From NCBI GenBank assembly GCA_903928015.1, contig CAIYPF010000116.1:27084-91083 (forward strand): a DNA stretch of 64,000 nt, in the 5' to 3' direction. Below the pieces are notes generated by a model. The model did not search any database, was not told the origin of the DNA, and saw only the letters and a program-made list of their open reading frames with translations. Shown here one piece after another: positions 34,149-43,149 of this stretch. Position 1 is the stretch's first letter. Every line of letters starts with the position of its first letter. A program made the position numbers and the translations under genes. The stretch is from an uncultured Gammaproteobacteria bacterium. GTDB taxonomy: Bacteria > Pseudomonadota > Gammaproteobacteria > Pseudomonadales > UBA5518.

Positions 34149-35282
34149 ATGCGAATCGACCGCCATCTCGCCGGCAGCTTCCTCGCCGGTGCAACACCAG
34201 CGCTGCTGGTGCTGCTTGGCCTCTTCAGCTTCATCGGGCTCACAGAGGAACTCGAGGACGTGGGGCAGGGCAGCTTCGTGGCCAGCGATGCAATCGTGAT
34301 CGTGCTGATGTCATTGCCGGTGCGGATCATAGAGCTCGCGCCCGTGAGCGCACTCATGGGCACGCTGATCGGACTGGGTACGCTCGCGAACCATCAGGAA
34401 ATCATCGCCTTGCGGGCTGCAGGGCTCTCGCCCTGGCGGCTGGCTGCGCCGCTGGCGGCGGCTGCGGTGAGTCTGGCACTCGCCATCCTGCTGATGCAGG
34501 GACTGCTCGTGCCCGGCATAGAGCGCGAGACGGCAAGGCTGCATGCGAAGACCGCGCAAGGCGGAGATGCGATCTGGCTGCACGGGGAGCACAGCTTCGT
34601 GAGGATCGCCGGCGGCGTTAGCGCTCGCACCCTCTGGAATGTGGAAATCCACGAACTCGATCAGCAGCATGCGCTTGCCCGCACGCTGCAGGCACAGCGG
34701 GCCGAGGTGCTGGCCGATGGCCGCTGGCTGCTGCAGGACGTGCACGACACCAGGCTGTCCGACGGCCCGCCCGCGGAAACCACCAGCGCCGGCAGCTACT
34801 GGCAAAGCCCCTTCTCGCCCGAGCAGACGGAAACACTGGTAGTGCCGGTCGAAGCGCTCTCGCTGGGAGAGTTGCGCCAACTGATCGGCGTACTGGCAGC
34901 AAACGGCCTCGACACGCATCGCTGTCGCGTGCTGTTCTGGCAACAGCTGGGCGTTCCGGTTGGCTTGCTCGGGATGGCGATGCTCGGGCTGCCACTTCTG
35001 CTGGGCCCCGTGCGCGCCACGCCCATCGCGCAGCGCGTGGCACTCGGGGCGGTCGCCGGACTGCTCTTCTACCTGCTGGAGCAACTGAGCGGCCACGGTG
35101 CGGTGATCTATCGCCTGAATCCGGTAATCAGCACCGTGGGGCCTGATGTACTGCTTCTGGCCGCAGCGCTCTTCCTGGTGAGTCGCGCCGAACACCATCA
35201 GACGCTGACGCTTGCCTGGCAGCGCCTTCGCTTTGCCGGCGCACGAGCCCCAACCTATACTCCGGGCAAAAGCCGCCACTGA
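34149..35282 (+). CDS. lptG: LPS export ABC transporter permease LptG
   Basis: An internal ATG at 34149 in ORF 33762..35282 gives MRIDRHLAGSFLAGATPALLVLLGLFSFIGLTEELEDVG. It lies 5 nt after the lptF stop. Confidence 0.8.
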   Translation: MRIDRHLAGSFLAGATPALLVLLGLFSFIGLTEELEDVGQGSFVASDAIVIVLMSLPVRIIELAPVSALMGTLIGLGTLANHQEIIALRAAGLSPWRLAAPLAAAAVSLALAILLMQGLLVPGIERETARLHAKTAQGGDAIWLHGEHSFVRIAGGVSARTLWNVEIHELDQQHALARTLQAQRAEVLADGRWLLQDVHDTRLSDGPPAETTSAGSYWQSPFSPEQTETLVVPVEALSLGELRQLIGVLAANGLDTHRCRVLFWQQLGVPVGLLGMAMLGLPLLLGPVRATPIAQRVALGAVAGLLFYLLEQLSGHGAVIYRLNPVISTVGPDVLLLAAALFLVSRAEHHQTLTLAWQRLRFAGARAPTYTPGKSRH

Positions 35283-35318
35283 GACGGGCGGTCCGTACAA
35301 AACTCCGGAATCTCCAGC

Positions 35319-36497
35319 ATGACCGTAGCTGCCCGCATCGTTGGCGAATCACCGGTCAGGCTCTGGGGGCTCGGTTCCTCTGACCGTTTGCGGCGCCAAC
35401 TGCGCTCCCTTCGCGTCGGGATCGCTCAAGACGCTGAACAGATTCTCCTGCTGCGGGCAGACTATCTTTTCGAGACCCGCACCATCTCTTCCCTGCTCGC
35501 ACAACCCGGCACTGTACTGCGCTGCACGCGCGACGGCGGGCGAGCCGCCGCACTGGTGAAAGCGGATGATGCCGCGGCGGCAGGAGCCGCACTTCTGGAC
35601 GCAGCCACGCCTCTGCCGGGGCATCTGCGCGAGATCTCCGCAGCGGAGCTCGCGAGCTTCGACGTCAACCTGCGCCGCGCCGAAGCCCCGCTCCTCGAGC
35701 CCGTCACAGAACAACGCCGCGCCGCACTTGAAGACCAACTCTACGGCAACGCCTACAAGGGGATCACGGACCTCGTCACCAAATGGATGTGGCCCAAGCC
35801 TGCCAAGCGCATCGTGCGCTGGTGCGCCGCGCTGGGCGTCACGCCGAACGCCGTCACGGCCGCAAGTTTCGTTCTTACCTGCTTGGCCGCCTGGCTCTTT
35901 GTCCACGGCCACTTCGGCAGCGGCCTGGCCGCGGGCTGGGTGATGACCTTGCTCGACACAGTGGACGGCAAACTTGCGCGCGTGACCGTGCAGTCGAGCC
36001 GCTTCGGCCATTACTTCGACCACGGCATCGACCTTCTGCACCCGCCCTTCTGGTATCTCTGCTGGGGAGAGGCCTTCGGGGAACTCGACATCCTGGGCGT
36101 CATGGCCGAGGCCGAGATTTACGGGCTCATCCTTGCCGGCTACATCGGCGGCAGGGTGGTAGAAGGCGCGTTCCATCTGTTCGCGGATTGCTCTGTGTTC
36201 AGCTGGCGCCCCTTCGATGCCTGGTTCCGACTGGTCACGGCCCGGCGCAACCCCTGCCTGATACTGCTCACCGTGGCGCTTGTTGTCGGGCGGCCGGAAT
36301 GGGGACTCTTCGCCGTAGCGCTCTGGACGGGACTCACCACCCTGGTGCTCCTGTTGAGGCTGCTGCAGGCCGGCGTGCTCCGCGTGCTGCGCGGACAGCG
36401 GCTGGGGTCCTGGATGAGCGAGCCCGACGCTGCAGCGCGCCACGCCTTCAGTTATCGCACCTTCTCGAGCACGCTTGGCGCCTATGCCCCGGGCTGA
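35319..36497 (+). CDS. CDP-alcohol phosphatidyltransferase family protein with an N-terminal extension of about 150 aa
   Basis: The signature D-G-x2-A-R-x8-G-x3-D-x3-D is present as DTVDGKLARVTVQSSRFGHYFDHGIDLLH. It lies 36 nt downstream of lptG. Confidence 0.8.
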   Translation: MTVAARIVGESPVRLWGLGSSDRLRRQLRSLRVGIAQDAEQILLLRADYLFETRTISSLLAQPGTVLRCTRDGGRAAALVKADDAAAAGAALLDAATPLPGHLREISAAELASFDVNLRRAEAPLLEPVTEQRRAALEDQLYGNAYKGITDLVTKWMWPKPAKRIVRWCAALGVTPNAVTAASFVLTCLAAWLFVHGHFGSGLAAGWVMTLLDTVDGKLARVTVQSSRFGHYFDHGIDLLHPPFWYLCWGEAFGELDILGVMAEAEIYGLILAGYIGGRVVEGAFHLFADCSVFSWRPFDAWFRLVTARRNPCLILLTVALVVGRPEWGLFAVALWTGLTTLVLLLRLLQAGVLRVLRGQRLGSWMSEPDAAARHAFSYRTFSSTLGAYAPG

Positions 36498-37827
36498 GCC
36501 CTCGGCGCCGCCAGACGGCGGCAACGGGGCGCTCGCCAACATCCTCCGCAACCTCGGTCAGCTTCTGGCCGGACGCGCTGTATCGGCAGTGTTGGCGCTC
36601 GCCTCGACGGCCTTGATGGCGAGAGCCCTGCCCCCTGCCGAGTTCGGCATCGTGATCCTGCTCCACACCTATGCACTGGTGTGGAACGGGCTCTTCAACT
36701 GCAAACCCTTCGAGGCCGTGATCCGCTACGGCGTACCGGCACTGGAGCGAGGGGACGAGGCATCGCTCGCACGCCTGGTGTCGATCTGCCTGCGTGTAGA
36801 CATTGCCACCACGCTGGGCGCGACCGTGGCCGCCTGCTTGCTGGCCGGTATCGCGGGTGGCTGGCTGGGCTGGAGTGCCGAGGTCGTGCAACTCGCGCAG
36901 ATCTACGGCCTCGTTTTGCTCACTGGCGTCACCGGCACAGCGAAAGGTGTCCTGCGACTCTACAACCGCTTTGACCTGCTGAGCAGGCAACTGGCGATAG
37001 GCCCCCTCATCCGCTTCTCCGGTGCAGTGCTCGTCTGGATCACCGGGGGCGGCATCGCGGAGTTCGCAATGGCCTGGGGAGCAGCGCTCTTTCTCGAGCA
37101 GGGATACATGATGCAGCGCGGATGGCGTGAGTGGCACCGCCAGACAGGTGCCGGCTCACTCACCGGGCTGAAGCTCGAGGGCTGGCGCGAGGAGTTCCCC
37201 GGCCTCGCCCGTTTTCTCGGCGTGGTGTACTGGCAGAGCAACCTGGACCTCGTGCCCAAGCATCTCTCGACTCTTCTGGTAGGTGCCGTACTGGGGTCGG
37301 CGGAAGCGGGACTGTTCCGGCTCGCTCGGGAGTTTTCGTCGGTGCTGGCAACCCCGGCGCTCCTGTTACGGCAAGTCCTGTTCCCGGATTTCGCGCGGCT
37401 CTGGCACCGCGGCGGTGCCGGCATGCGCTGGATTCTGGCCCGCGCACTGGGCGGCGCCGGGCTGGCCGGCGTGCTGATCGTGGGGGTGGCGGTGACGGCG
37501 GGCGCGCCTCTACTGGGGCTCGTGGCTGGCGCAGAGTACCGCGGCGCCGCGGCGGTGCTCAGCTGGCTGTTGGTGGCTGCCTCGCTGGATCTGGGCGCCT
37601 CCGTGCTACGGGCCGCGTCCTATGCCATGGGCCAGGCCGGTGCGGTGCTGCGCCTCAACCTGATCGCACTGGCCGCCTACGCCGCAACCTTCCTGCCGCT
37701 CACGCAATTGATGGGACTGACGGGGCCCGGCGCGGCCGCCTGCGTGTCTTCAGCGCTGATGCTGGGGGGAATGGTATCGCTGGTGGCGCGAGGGCGGCCG
37801 CCGGTGGCGCTGGCCGCCGGGAGTTGA
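36475..37827 (+). CDS. MOP/Wzx-type oligosaccharide or lipid flippase family protein
   Basis: The 450-aa polytopic membrane protein has the LLAGRAVSAVLALASTALMARALPPAEFG motif typical of polysaccharide-biosynthesis flippases. It overlaps the upstream gene by 23 nt. Confidence 0.7.
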   Translation: MAPMPRAEPSAPPDGGNGALANILRNLGQLLAGRAVSAVLALASTALMARALPPAEFGIVILLHTYALVWNGLFNCKPFEAVIRYGVPALERGDEASLARLVSICLRVDIATTLGATVAACLLAGIAGGWLGWSAEVVQLAQIYGLVLLTGVTGTAKGVLRLYNRFDLLSRQLAIGPLIRFSGAVLVWITGGGIAEFAMAWGAALFLEQGYMMQRGWREWHRQTGAGSLTGLKLEGWREEFPGLARFLGVVYWQSNLDLVPKHLSTLLVGAVLGSAEAGLFRLAREFSSVLATPALLLRQVLFPDFARLWHRGGAGMRWILARALGGAGLAGVLIVGVAVTAGAPLLGLVAGAEYRGAAAVLSWLLVAASLDLGASVLRAASYAMGQAGAVLRLNLIALAAYAATFLPLTQLMGLTGPGAAACVSSALMLGGMVSLVARGRPPVALAAGS

Positions 37828-37835
37828 TTCAACCG

Positions 37836-37922
37836 TGGTGCCCGGAGCCGGGATCGAACCGGCATGGCCGTGAGGCCGAGGGATTTTAAGTCCCTTGCGT
37901 CTACCAGTTTCGCCATCCGGGC
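37836..37922 (-). tRNA. tRNA-Leu (anticodon UAA)
   Basis: The reverse complement is GCCCGGATGGCGAAACTGGTAGACGCAAGGGACTTAAAATCCCTCGGCCTCACGGCCATGCCGGTTCGATCCCGGCTCCGGGCACCA. It has a 7-bp acceptor stem, a long variable arm, anticodon loop CTTAAAA and an encoded CCA. Confidence 0.95.
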
Positions 37923-38000
37923 AGTAAGCGCACAGCACACGAGACGCCGCTGGGCGGCTCGCGCATGCTAGCAAATGGGCCTCGAAGGCACATGAAAGAT

Positions 38001-38074
38001 TGGAGGCGCGGGTCGGAATCGAACCGGCATACACGGAGTTGCAGTCCGCTGCATAACCACTCTGCCACCGCGCC
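38001..38074 (-). tRNA. tRNA-Cys (anticodon GCA)
   Basis: The reverse complement is GGCGCGGTGGCAGAGTGGTTATGCAGCGGACTGCAACTCCGTGTATGCCGGTTCGATTCCGACCCGCGCCTCCA. It has anticodon loop CTGCAAC, discriminator U and CCA. Confidence 0.95.
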
Positions 38075-38125
38075 GGAGAGAGATTCGAGCAATACCGCCG
38101 GTGACCGACGGCAAGACGAGGAATC

Positions 38126-38201
38126 TGGAGCGGGAAACCGGGTTCGAACCGGCGACCTCAACCTTGGCAAGGTTGCGCTCTACCAACTGAGCTATTCCCG
38201 C
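38126..38201 (-). tRNA. tRNA-Gly (anticodon GCC)
   Basis: The reverse complement is GCGGGAATAGCTCAGTTGGTAGAGCGCAACCTTGCCAAGGTTGAGGTCGCCGGTTCGAACCCGGTTTCCCGCTCCA. It has anticodon loop TTGCCAA and CCA. Confidence 0.95.
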
Positions 38202-38238
38202 GAAAGTCCCAGCGGATCTGGCCCGCTGAGGCCTCGGC

Positions 38239-38266
38239 ATTCTAGCGACCGAGCCCATGCTGTCAA
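38239..38266 (-). promoter_or_regulatory. Sigma70-type promoter for the tRNA Gly-Cys-Leu cluster
   Basis: The minus strand reads TTGACA (38266..38261), a 16-nt spacer, then TAGAAT (38244..38239). This is about 38 nt upstream of the tRNA-Gly 5' end. Confidence 0.6.
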
Positions 38267-38285
38267 GGCAAGCAGCGGATGTTTT

Positions 38286-38852
38286 TCAGGCGCCCGGCTG
38301 CGAGGCTGCTTCGGTGAGGTCTTGCCAGGCGGCGCGGATGTACAGCCCAGCCGACCAGATCGTGAGCAGCACTGCCACGTAGAGCAGCAGATATCCGAGG
38401 TAGAAGAGCGGGCCAGGTTCGGGCTCCACGGCCAGCAGCACGGTGATGGCGATCATCTGGACGGTGGTCTTCACCTTGCCGACGAACGAGACCTTCACGC
38501 TGCCGCGCTTGCCGATATCGGCCATCCACTCGCGCAGGGCGGAGACGAGTATTTCCCGCGCCACCACCACGAGTGCCGGCAGGGTGAACCACACCGAATC
38601 CTGCTGGCCCACCATCAGCACCAGAGCAATTGCCACCATCAGCTTGTCCGCGACAGGGTCGAGGAAGGCGCCAAAGGACGTGGACTGGTTCAGCTTGCGG
38701 GCCAGATAGCCGTCAAGCCAGTCTGTGACGGCGGCCAGCACGAAAATGCCGGACGAGACCACCGCGCTGGAACTGAAGGGGAGCAGGAACACCAGCACCA
38801 TGACCGGTATCAGGGCCATGCGGAACAGGGTGAGAGCGTTGGGGATATTCAT
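38286..38852 (-). CDS. pgsA: CDP-diacylglycerol--glycerol-3-phosphate 3-phosphatidyltransferase
   Basis: ORF 38286..38900 is trimmed to the ATG at 38852 (MNIPNALTLFRMALIPV...). It has the DWLDGYLARK...G.FLDPVADK motif and sits in the conserved uvrC-pgsA-tRNA context. Confidence 0.9.
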   Translation of the reverse strand: MNIPNALTLFRMALIPVMVLVFLLPFSSSAVVSSGIFVLAAVTDWLDGYLARKLNQSTSFGAFLDPVADKLMVAIALVLMVGQQDSVWFTLPALVVVAREILVSALREWMADIGKRGSVKVSFVGKVKTTVQMIAITVLLAVEPEPGPLFYLGYLLLYVAVLLTIWSAGLYIRAAWQDLTEAASQPGA

Positions 38853-38906
38853 GGGGCCATTATTACGGCAGCACCGCGAACATTCCATGACCCCGGACAC
38901 TCCCGA

Positions 38907-40748
38907 TCAGGCATCGTGGAGCGCTGCATAGACGTCCTCGGCTATCTTGCGGCTGATGGCGGGGACTCGCATCAGTTCCTCCAGACTCGCCCTGCTGATG
39001 CCCTGCAAACCGCCGAAATACCGCAGCAATTCGCGCCGGCGCCGCGGCCCCACGCCGGGAATGCCCTCGAGTGGAGAACCCGCGCTTTTTTTGGCACGGC
39101 GTTTCTGGAGCGCGCTGATTGCAAAGCGGTGCGCTTCGTCCCGCACCTGCTGGACAAGGTGCAAGGCCACTGAATCCGGCGGCAGCACCAGTTCGCGCCG
39201 CTCACGCCCGAGGATGATGGTCTCGAAGCCCGCCTTGCGCGTGGTGCCCTTCGCCACCGAAGCCACCGTGACACCTTCGATCTGGAGTTCCTCCATCACC
39301 TCGAGCGCCTGGGCCAACTGGCCCTTGCCGCCGTCGATCAGCAGAAGGTCCGGCAGCTTGCCCTCCCCGGATTTAAGCCGCGTGTAGCGGCGCTCCAGCG
39401 CCTGGCGGATGGCAGCGTAGTCATCGCCCGGGCGGATGCCCTCGATATTGAAACGGCGGTAGTCGGCCTTGAGCGGGCCACCGCCGTCGAATACCACGCA
39501 GGAGGCCACGGCAAGTTCTCCGCCACTGTGGCTGATGTCGAAGCACTCGATGCGTTCGGGCGCGGCATCAAGGCCCAGCGCCTCCTGAAGCTCGGCGAGT
39601 TGGTCGTGCATGCGCGCACGGCTGGCAAGGAAACTCCCCAGATTTTGCTGCGCCGTCTCCTGCGCAAGCCTGAGCCACTGCGCACGGGCACTGCGCACGC
39701 GCGACGTCAGTACCACGCGCCGGCCGGAGGCTTGCGACAGTGCCTCGGCCAGCACTGCCATGTCTTCGGGTTCTTCGCCGAGCAGTATCTCGCGCGGGAT
39801 GTCGCGGTCATCACGCGCCCCCAGATAGAACTGCGGCACGAAGGCGGCGAGAACCTCGGCGGGGCCTTCGTCGAGCTTGCAACGCGGGAAATAGCTCCGG
39901 CTTCCGAGGATGCGTCCGTCGCGCACGAACAGGACCTGGACGCAGGCGGCACCGGGCCCCGCTGCCGCCACGACCACGTCCAGCGTGCCGTCACCACTTT
40001 CGATCGACTGGCGCTCCCGCACAGCCTGCAGGTGGCGGATCTGGTCGCGCAACACCGCGGCGCGCTCGAAGGCGAGACGCTCCGCTGCCCGCTCCATCTC
40101 GTCGGCAAGTTCTGTCTGCAATACGGTGCTCTTGCCCTCCAGGAACAGCACCGTCCGGCGAACCGAGTCCGCATACTCCTCCTCGCTCACAAGGCCCACG
40201 CAAGGACCTGAGCAGCGCTGGATCTGGTACTGCAGGCACGGCCGCGAGCGGTTGCGGAAAAAGCTGTCCTCGCACTGGCGCACGCGAAAGACTTTCTGCA
40301 TCAGGTTCAGGCTCTCGCGCACTGCGGATGCACCCGGGAAAGGTCCGAAATAACGGCCTTTGGCACGCTTGGCGCCGCGATGGAAGCCCAGCCTGGGGAA
40401 GGACTCTCCCTGCGACAGGAATATGTACGGGTAGGACTTGTCGTCGCGCAGCAGGATGTTGAAAGGCGGGTGCTGGCTCTTGATCAGGTTCTGCTCGAGC
40501 AGCAGCGCCTCGGTGTCGCTGCCGGTAATCGTGACCTGTATCTCGGCGATACGCGCGACCAGCGCCTCGGTCTTGGGTCCGAGCCCGGTCTTCTGGAAAT
40601 AACTCGATACCCGCTTGCGCAGATTGCTCGCCTTGCCCACGTAAAGCAGCGCGCCGACGACGTCGTACATCTGGTAGACGCCGGGACGCTCGCTCAGGTT
40701 GCGGACGAATGCCGCGGCATCGAATGCTGGTGGGGGGGATTCGCTCAT
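38907..40748 (-). CDS. uvrC: Excinuclease ABC subunit C
   Basis: ORF 38907..41030 is trimmed to the ATG at 40748 (MSESPPPAFDAAAFVRNLSERPGVYQMYD..., GIY-YIG domain). It has a C-terminal (HhH)2 motif. There is an ATGA overlap with the upstream regulator gene. Confidence 0.9.
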   Translation of the reverse strand: MSESPPPAFDAAAFVRNLSERPGVYQMYDVVGALLYVGKASNLRKRVSSYFQKTGLGPKTEALVARIAEIQVTITGSDTEALLLEQNLIKSQHPPFNILLRDDKSYPYIFLSQGESFPRLGFHRGAKRAKGRYFGPFPGASAVRESLNLMQKVFRVRQCEDSFFRNRSRPCLQYQIQRCSGPCVGLVSEEEYADSVRRTVLFLEGKSTVLQTELADEMERAAERLAFERAAVLRDQIRHLQAVRERQSIESGDGTLDVVVAAAGPGAACVQVLFVRDGRILGSRSYFPRCKLDEGPAEVLAAFVPQFYLGARDDRDIPREILLGEEPEDMAVLAEALSQASGRRVVLTSRVRSARAQWLRLAQETAQQNLGSFLASRARMHDQLAELQEALGLDAAPERIECFDISHSGGELAVASCVVFDGGGPLKADYRRFNIEGIRPGDDYAAIRQALERRYTRLKSGEGKLPDLLLIDGGKGQLAQALEVMEELQIEGVTVASVAKGTTRKAGFETIILGRERRELVLPPDSVALHLVQQVRDEAHRFAISALQKRRAKKSAGSPLEGIPGVGPRRRRELLRYFGGLQGISRASLEELMRVPAISRKIAEDVYAALHDA

Positions 40749-41416
40749 GCCCCGATTATAGGGCTGTGCCGCTCCGGCGCGGCGCTGCCCATCAGGCCGT
40801 GTTGCGTGGCGAGTCTCGCCAACTCTATGTCCGTGGCGACGCGGAGTTTCTCCAGGATGCGGTAACGGAACGTGTGCACGGTCTTCACCGAGATGAAGAG
40901 TCGCGTGGCGATGTCGGCGGGCCTGGCGCCGGCGAGCAACAGCAGGCAGACCTGCATCTCGCGACCGGTGAGTTGGTCGAAGGGGTTGGAGCGCACGATC
41001 GCGGGCTGCGGCTCGGCAACACGGCTGCAATCGCCACCCATCACGCGCTCGATCACCGAGGCAAGTTCCTCGCGGCTAACGCTCTTGCCCACGCAAGCCG
41101 CGAATCCGTGGCGGAAAAGCCGCTGCAGGGGCTCGTCCTCCCATGCCGTGACACCCACTATACGCACCCGTGGCAGCGCGATGCGGATGCGCCGAGCCGC
41201 CTCCAGTCCGCCGATGCCGGGCATGCGCAGGTCCATCATCACCAGATCAGGCTCGAGTGCGCGGGCAAGGCGCAGGGCCTCTTCACCGCTGCCAGCCTCG
41301 CCACAAACGTGCAGTCCGCCGATTTCGGAAAGAACCCCGATGAGGCCGCGACGCAGCAAGTGGTGGTCGTCCACAACCAGAACGGAGAGGGAATCAGGGA
41401 CCGAAGACAGCTTCAT
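40745..41416 (-). CDS. gacA: GacA/UvrY-type response regulator (REC + LuxR-type HTH)
   Basis: ORF 40745..41497 is trimmed to the ATG at 41416. It has a REC domain (VLVVDDHHLLRRGL...DLVMMDLRMPGIGG) and an HTH (LTGREMQVCLLLLAGARPADIATRLFISVKTVHTFRYRILEKL). It occupies the classical position upstream of uvrC. Confidence 0.85.
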   Translation of the reverse strand: MKLSSVPDSLSVLVVDDHHLLRRGLIGVLSEIGGLHVCGEAGSGEEALRLARALEPDLVMMDLRMPGIGGLEAARRIRIALPRVRIVGVTAWEDEPLQRLFRHGFAACVGKSVSREELASVIERVMGGDCSRVAEPQPAIVRSNPFDQLTGREMQVCLLLLAGARPADIATRLFISVKTVHTFRYRILEKLRVATDIELARLATQHGLMGSAAPERHSPIIGA

Positions 41417-41530
41417 GCCGGGCTCCTCCGCAAGGTGCAGGATTCGCCGCAGTACTGCCCGGCTCCGAGGCGCGCACGTGGACACGTGGGAGGGCAAAAG
41501 TAGATGAATCCCGCGGTGCCTGTAAAGACT

Positions 41531-42133
41531 TCAGCGCGGTTCTGGCCGCACGAAGCGCCAGGTGAGGTTGAGACGCGGCCCGGAGCAGCGGCGGGCCTTG
41601 GGCAGAGCATGCTGCCAGGCGGCCTGCAGAGGTGGCTCCATGAGGAGCAAGGAACCATTTCCGAGCAGGCACTCGTGACGTCGCCGCGGCTCTGCACGGG
41701 AGCGCAGCACGAAGCGCCGAGCCTCCCCCAGACTGACCGAAGCGATGAACGGCTCCGGGCCCAGTTCGGGCTCGTCGTCGCTATGCCAGCCCATGCTGTC
41801 CTCACCGCTGCGGTAGAGGTTGAGCAACACGCTGTTGAAGCTCTGCCCGCACAGTGCCTCGACGCGTCCGCGCAAGCGCAGCATGGCGGGGCCGAGCGGC
41901 TGGGGCTCGTGTCGCACCCCGGAGTAGCGGTAGCTGCAGCCGTGTTCTCCATGCCATGCGCTCAGACGCGGCGCAGGCAATTCACGTCCGAACAGCCGCA
42001 CGCGGTGCTGCGAGAAACACGCCTCGGCGCATAGCTCCCGCAGGAGTTCCGCGGCGTCTTCCGCGAAGGCATCGGGCCAGAAGCAGATACGTCCGGGCTC
42101 GAGCAATGTGCGCTCGCACTGCGGCAGCTGCAT
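41531..42133 (-). CDS. alkB: Fe(II)/2-oxoglutarate-dependent DNA repair dioxygenase AlkB
   Basis: The 200-aa ORF has the WHSDDEPELG (HxD) motif and LLLMEPPLQAAWQHALPK. Its start overlaps the murB stop (TGATG). Confidence 0.85.
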   Translation of the reverse strand: MQLPQCERTLLEPGRICFWPDAFAEDAAELLRELCAEACFSQHRVRLFGRELPAPRLSAWHGEHGCSYRYSGVRHEPQPLGPAMLRLRGRVEALCGQSFNSVLLNLYRSGEDSMGWHSDDEPELGPEPFIASVSLGEARRFVLRSRAEPRRRHECLLGNGSLLLMEPPLQAAWQHALPKARRCSGPRLNLTWRFVRPEPR

Positions 42134-43149
42134 CAGAGCGGCACGGGCTCGAGTTCGAGCGTGACGCCAAAGCGTTCATGCACCGAATCACGTATGCGGG
42201 CAGCGAGATCAAGGAGGGCCCCGGCCGTAGCACCGCCATGGTTGACCAGCACCAGGGCCTGCGCCTCGTGCACGCCAGCACCGGCGTCGCGCCGGCCCTT
42301 CCATCCACAACGCTCCACAAGCCAGGCCGCCGCGAGTTTCACGCGACCATCGGACTGGCGCCAGTGCGCCACCTCCGGCTCAGCAAGCAGCAAGCGCTCG
42401 AATTCCTCTGCCGCGATCACCGGATTCTTGAAGAAACTGCCTGCATTCGGCAGGACCGCCGGATCGGGCAGGCGGCGACGGCGGATCGACATGACGGCAG
42501 ACAACACATCGGCGTGGCCGGGATCCGGGCAGTGCGCAAGTTCAGCCGCGAGCGCTGCATATCCCGTGCAAGGGACGGGATCCGCGGGCACGGCAAAGAG
42601 CACCTCGGTGATGAGGAAGGCACCGGCCAACCCGCCCTTGAAGATGCTGTCACGGTAGGAAAAGGCGCAGGCCGCCGCGTCCAGCACTCGGGGTAGTCCG
42701 GTGTGCAGGTCCATGCCGCGCACCTCGAGCACGAAGCGCTCGAGTTCCACACCGTAGGCGCCGATGTTCTGTATGGGCGCGGCGCCCACCGTGCCCGGGA
42801 TGAGGGCGAGGTTCTCGAACCCGTACCAGCCCCGTGCGTGGCAATGCAGGACGAAGGGATGCCAGGGCTCGCCCGCGGCTGCACGGATGACGCGGCGTGT
42901 TGCGCTGTCTTCGAGCAGCGCGATGCCGCGATTGCGCATCCGTAGCACCAACCCGTGGAGATGTTCCGGCAACAGCACGTTGCTGCCACCACCCAGCACG
43001 TGGAGTGGAAGGCTGCGCTCTCGGGCAAAAGAAAGGAGTGCCGGCAGGTCTGAGGGATCCTCCACATCGGCGCACCAGTCTGCGATGCAGGGAAGCCGCA
43101 GGCTGTTGCTGCCAAGCAGATCGGCACCCGCCTCGGGCAGTGTGCTCAC
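42133..43149 (-). CDS. murB: UDP-N-acetylenolpyruvoylglucosamine reductase
   Basis: The 338-aa ORF has an FAD-binding PCMH domain (LHVLGGGSNVLL) and GSFFKNP and GGATAGALL motifs. Confidence 0.9.
   Translation of the reverse strand: MSTLPEAGADLLGSNSLRLPCIADWCADVEDPSDLPALLSFARERSLPLHVLGGGSNVLLPEHLHGLVLRMRNRGIALLEDSATRRVIRAAAGEPWHPFVLHCHARGWYGFENLALIPGTVGAAPIQNIGAYGVELERFVLEVRGMDLHTGLPRVLDAAACAFSYRDSIFKGGLAGAFLITEVLFAVPADPVPCTGYAALAAELAHCPDPGHADVLSAVMSIRRRRLPDPAVLPNAGSFFKNPVIAAEEFERLLLAEPEVAHWRQSDGRVKLAAAWLVERCGWKGRRDAGAGVHEAQALVLVNHGGATAGALLDLAARIRDSVHERFGVTLELEPVPL

Noticed and set aside
37965-39173. 402-aa plus-strand ORF
   Set aside because: It runs straight through two tRNA genes and is antisense to pgsA and the uvrC 3' end, so it is not coding.
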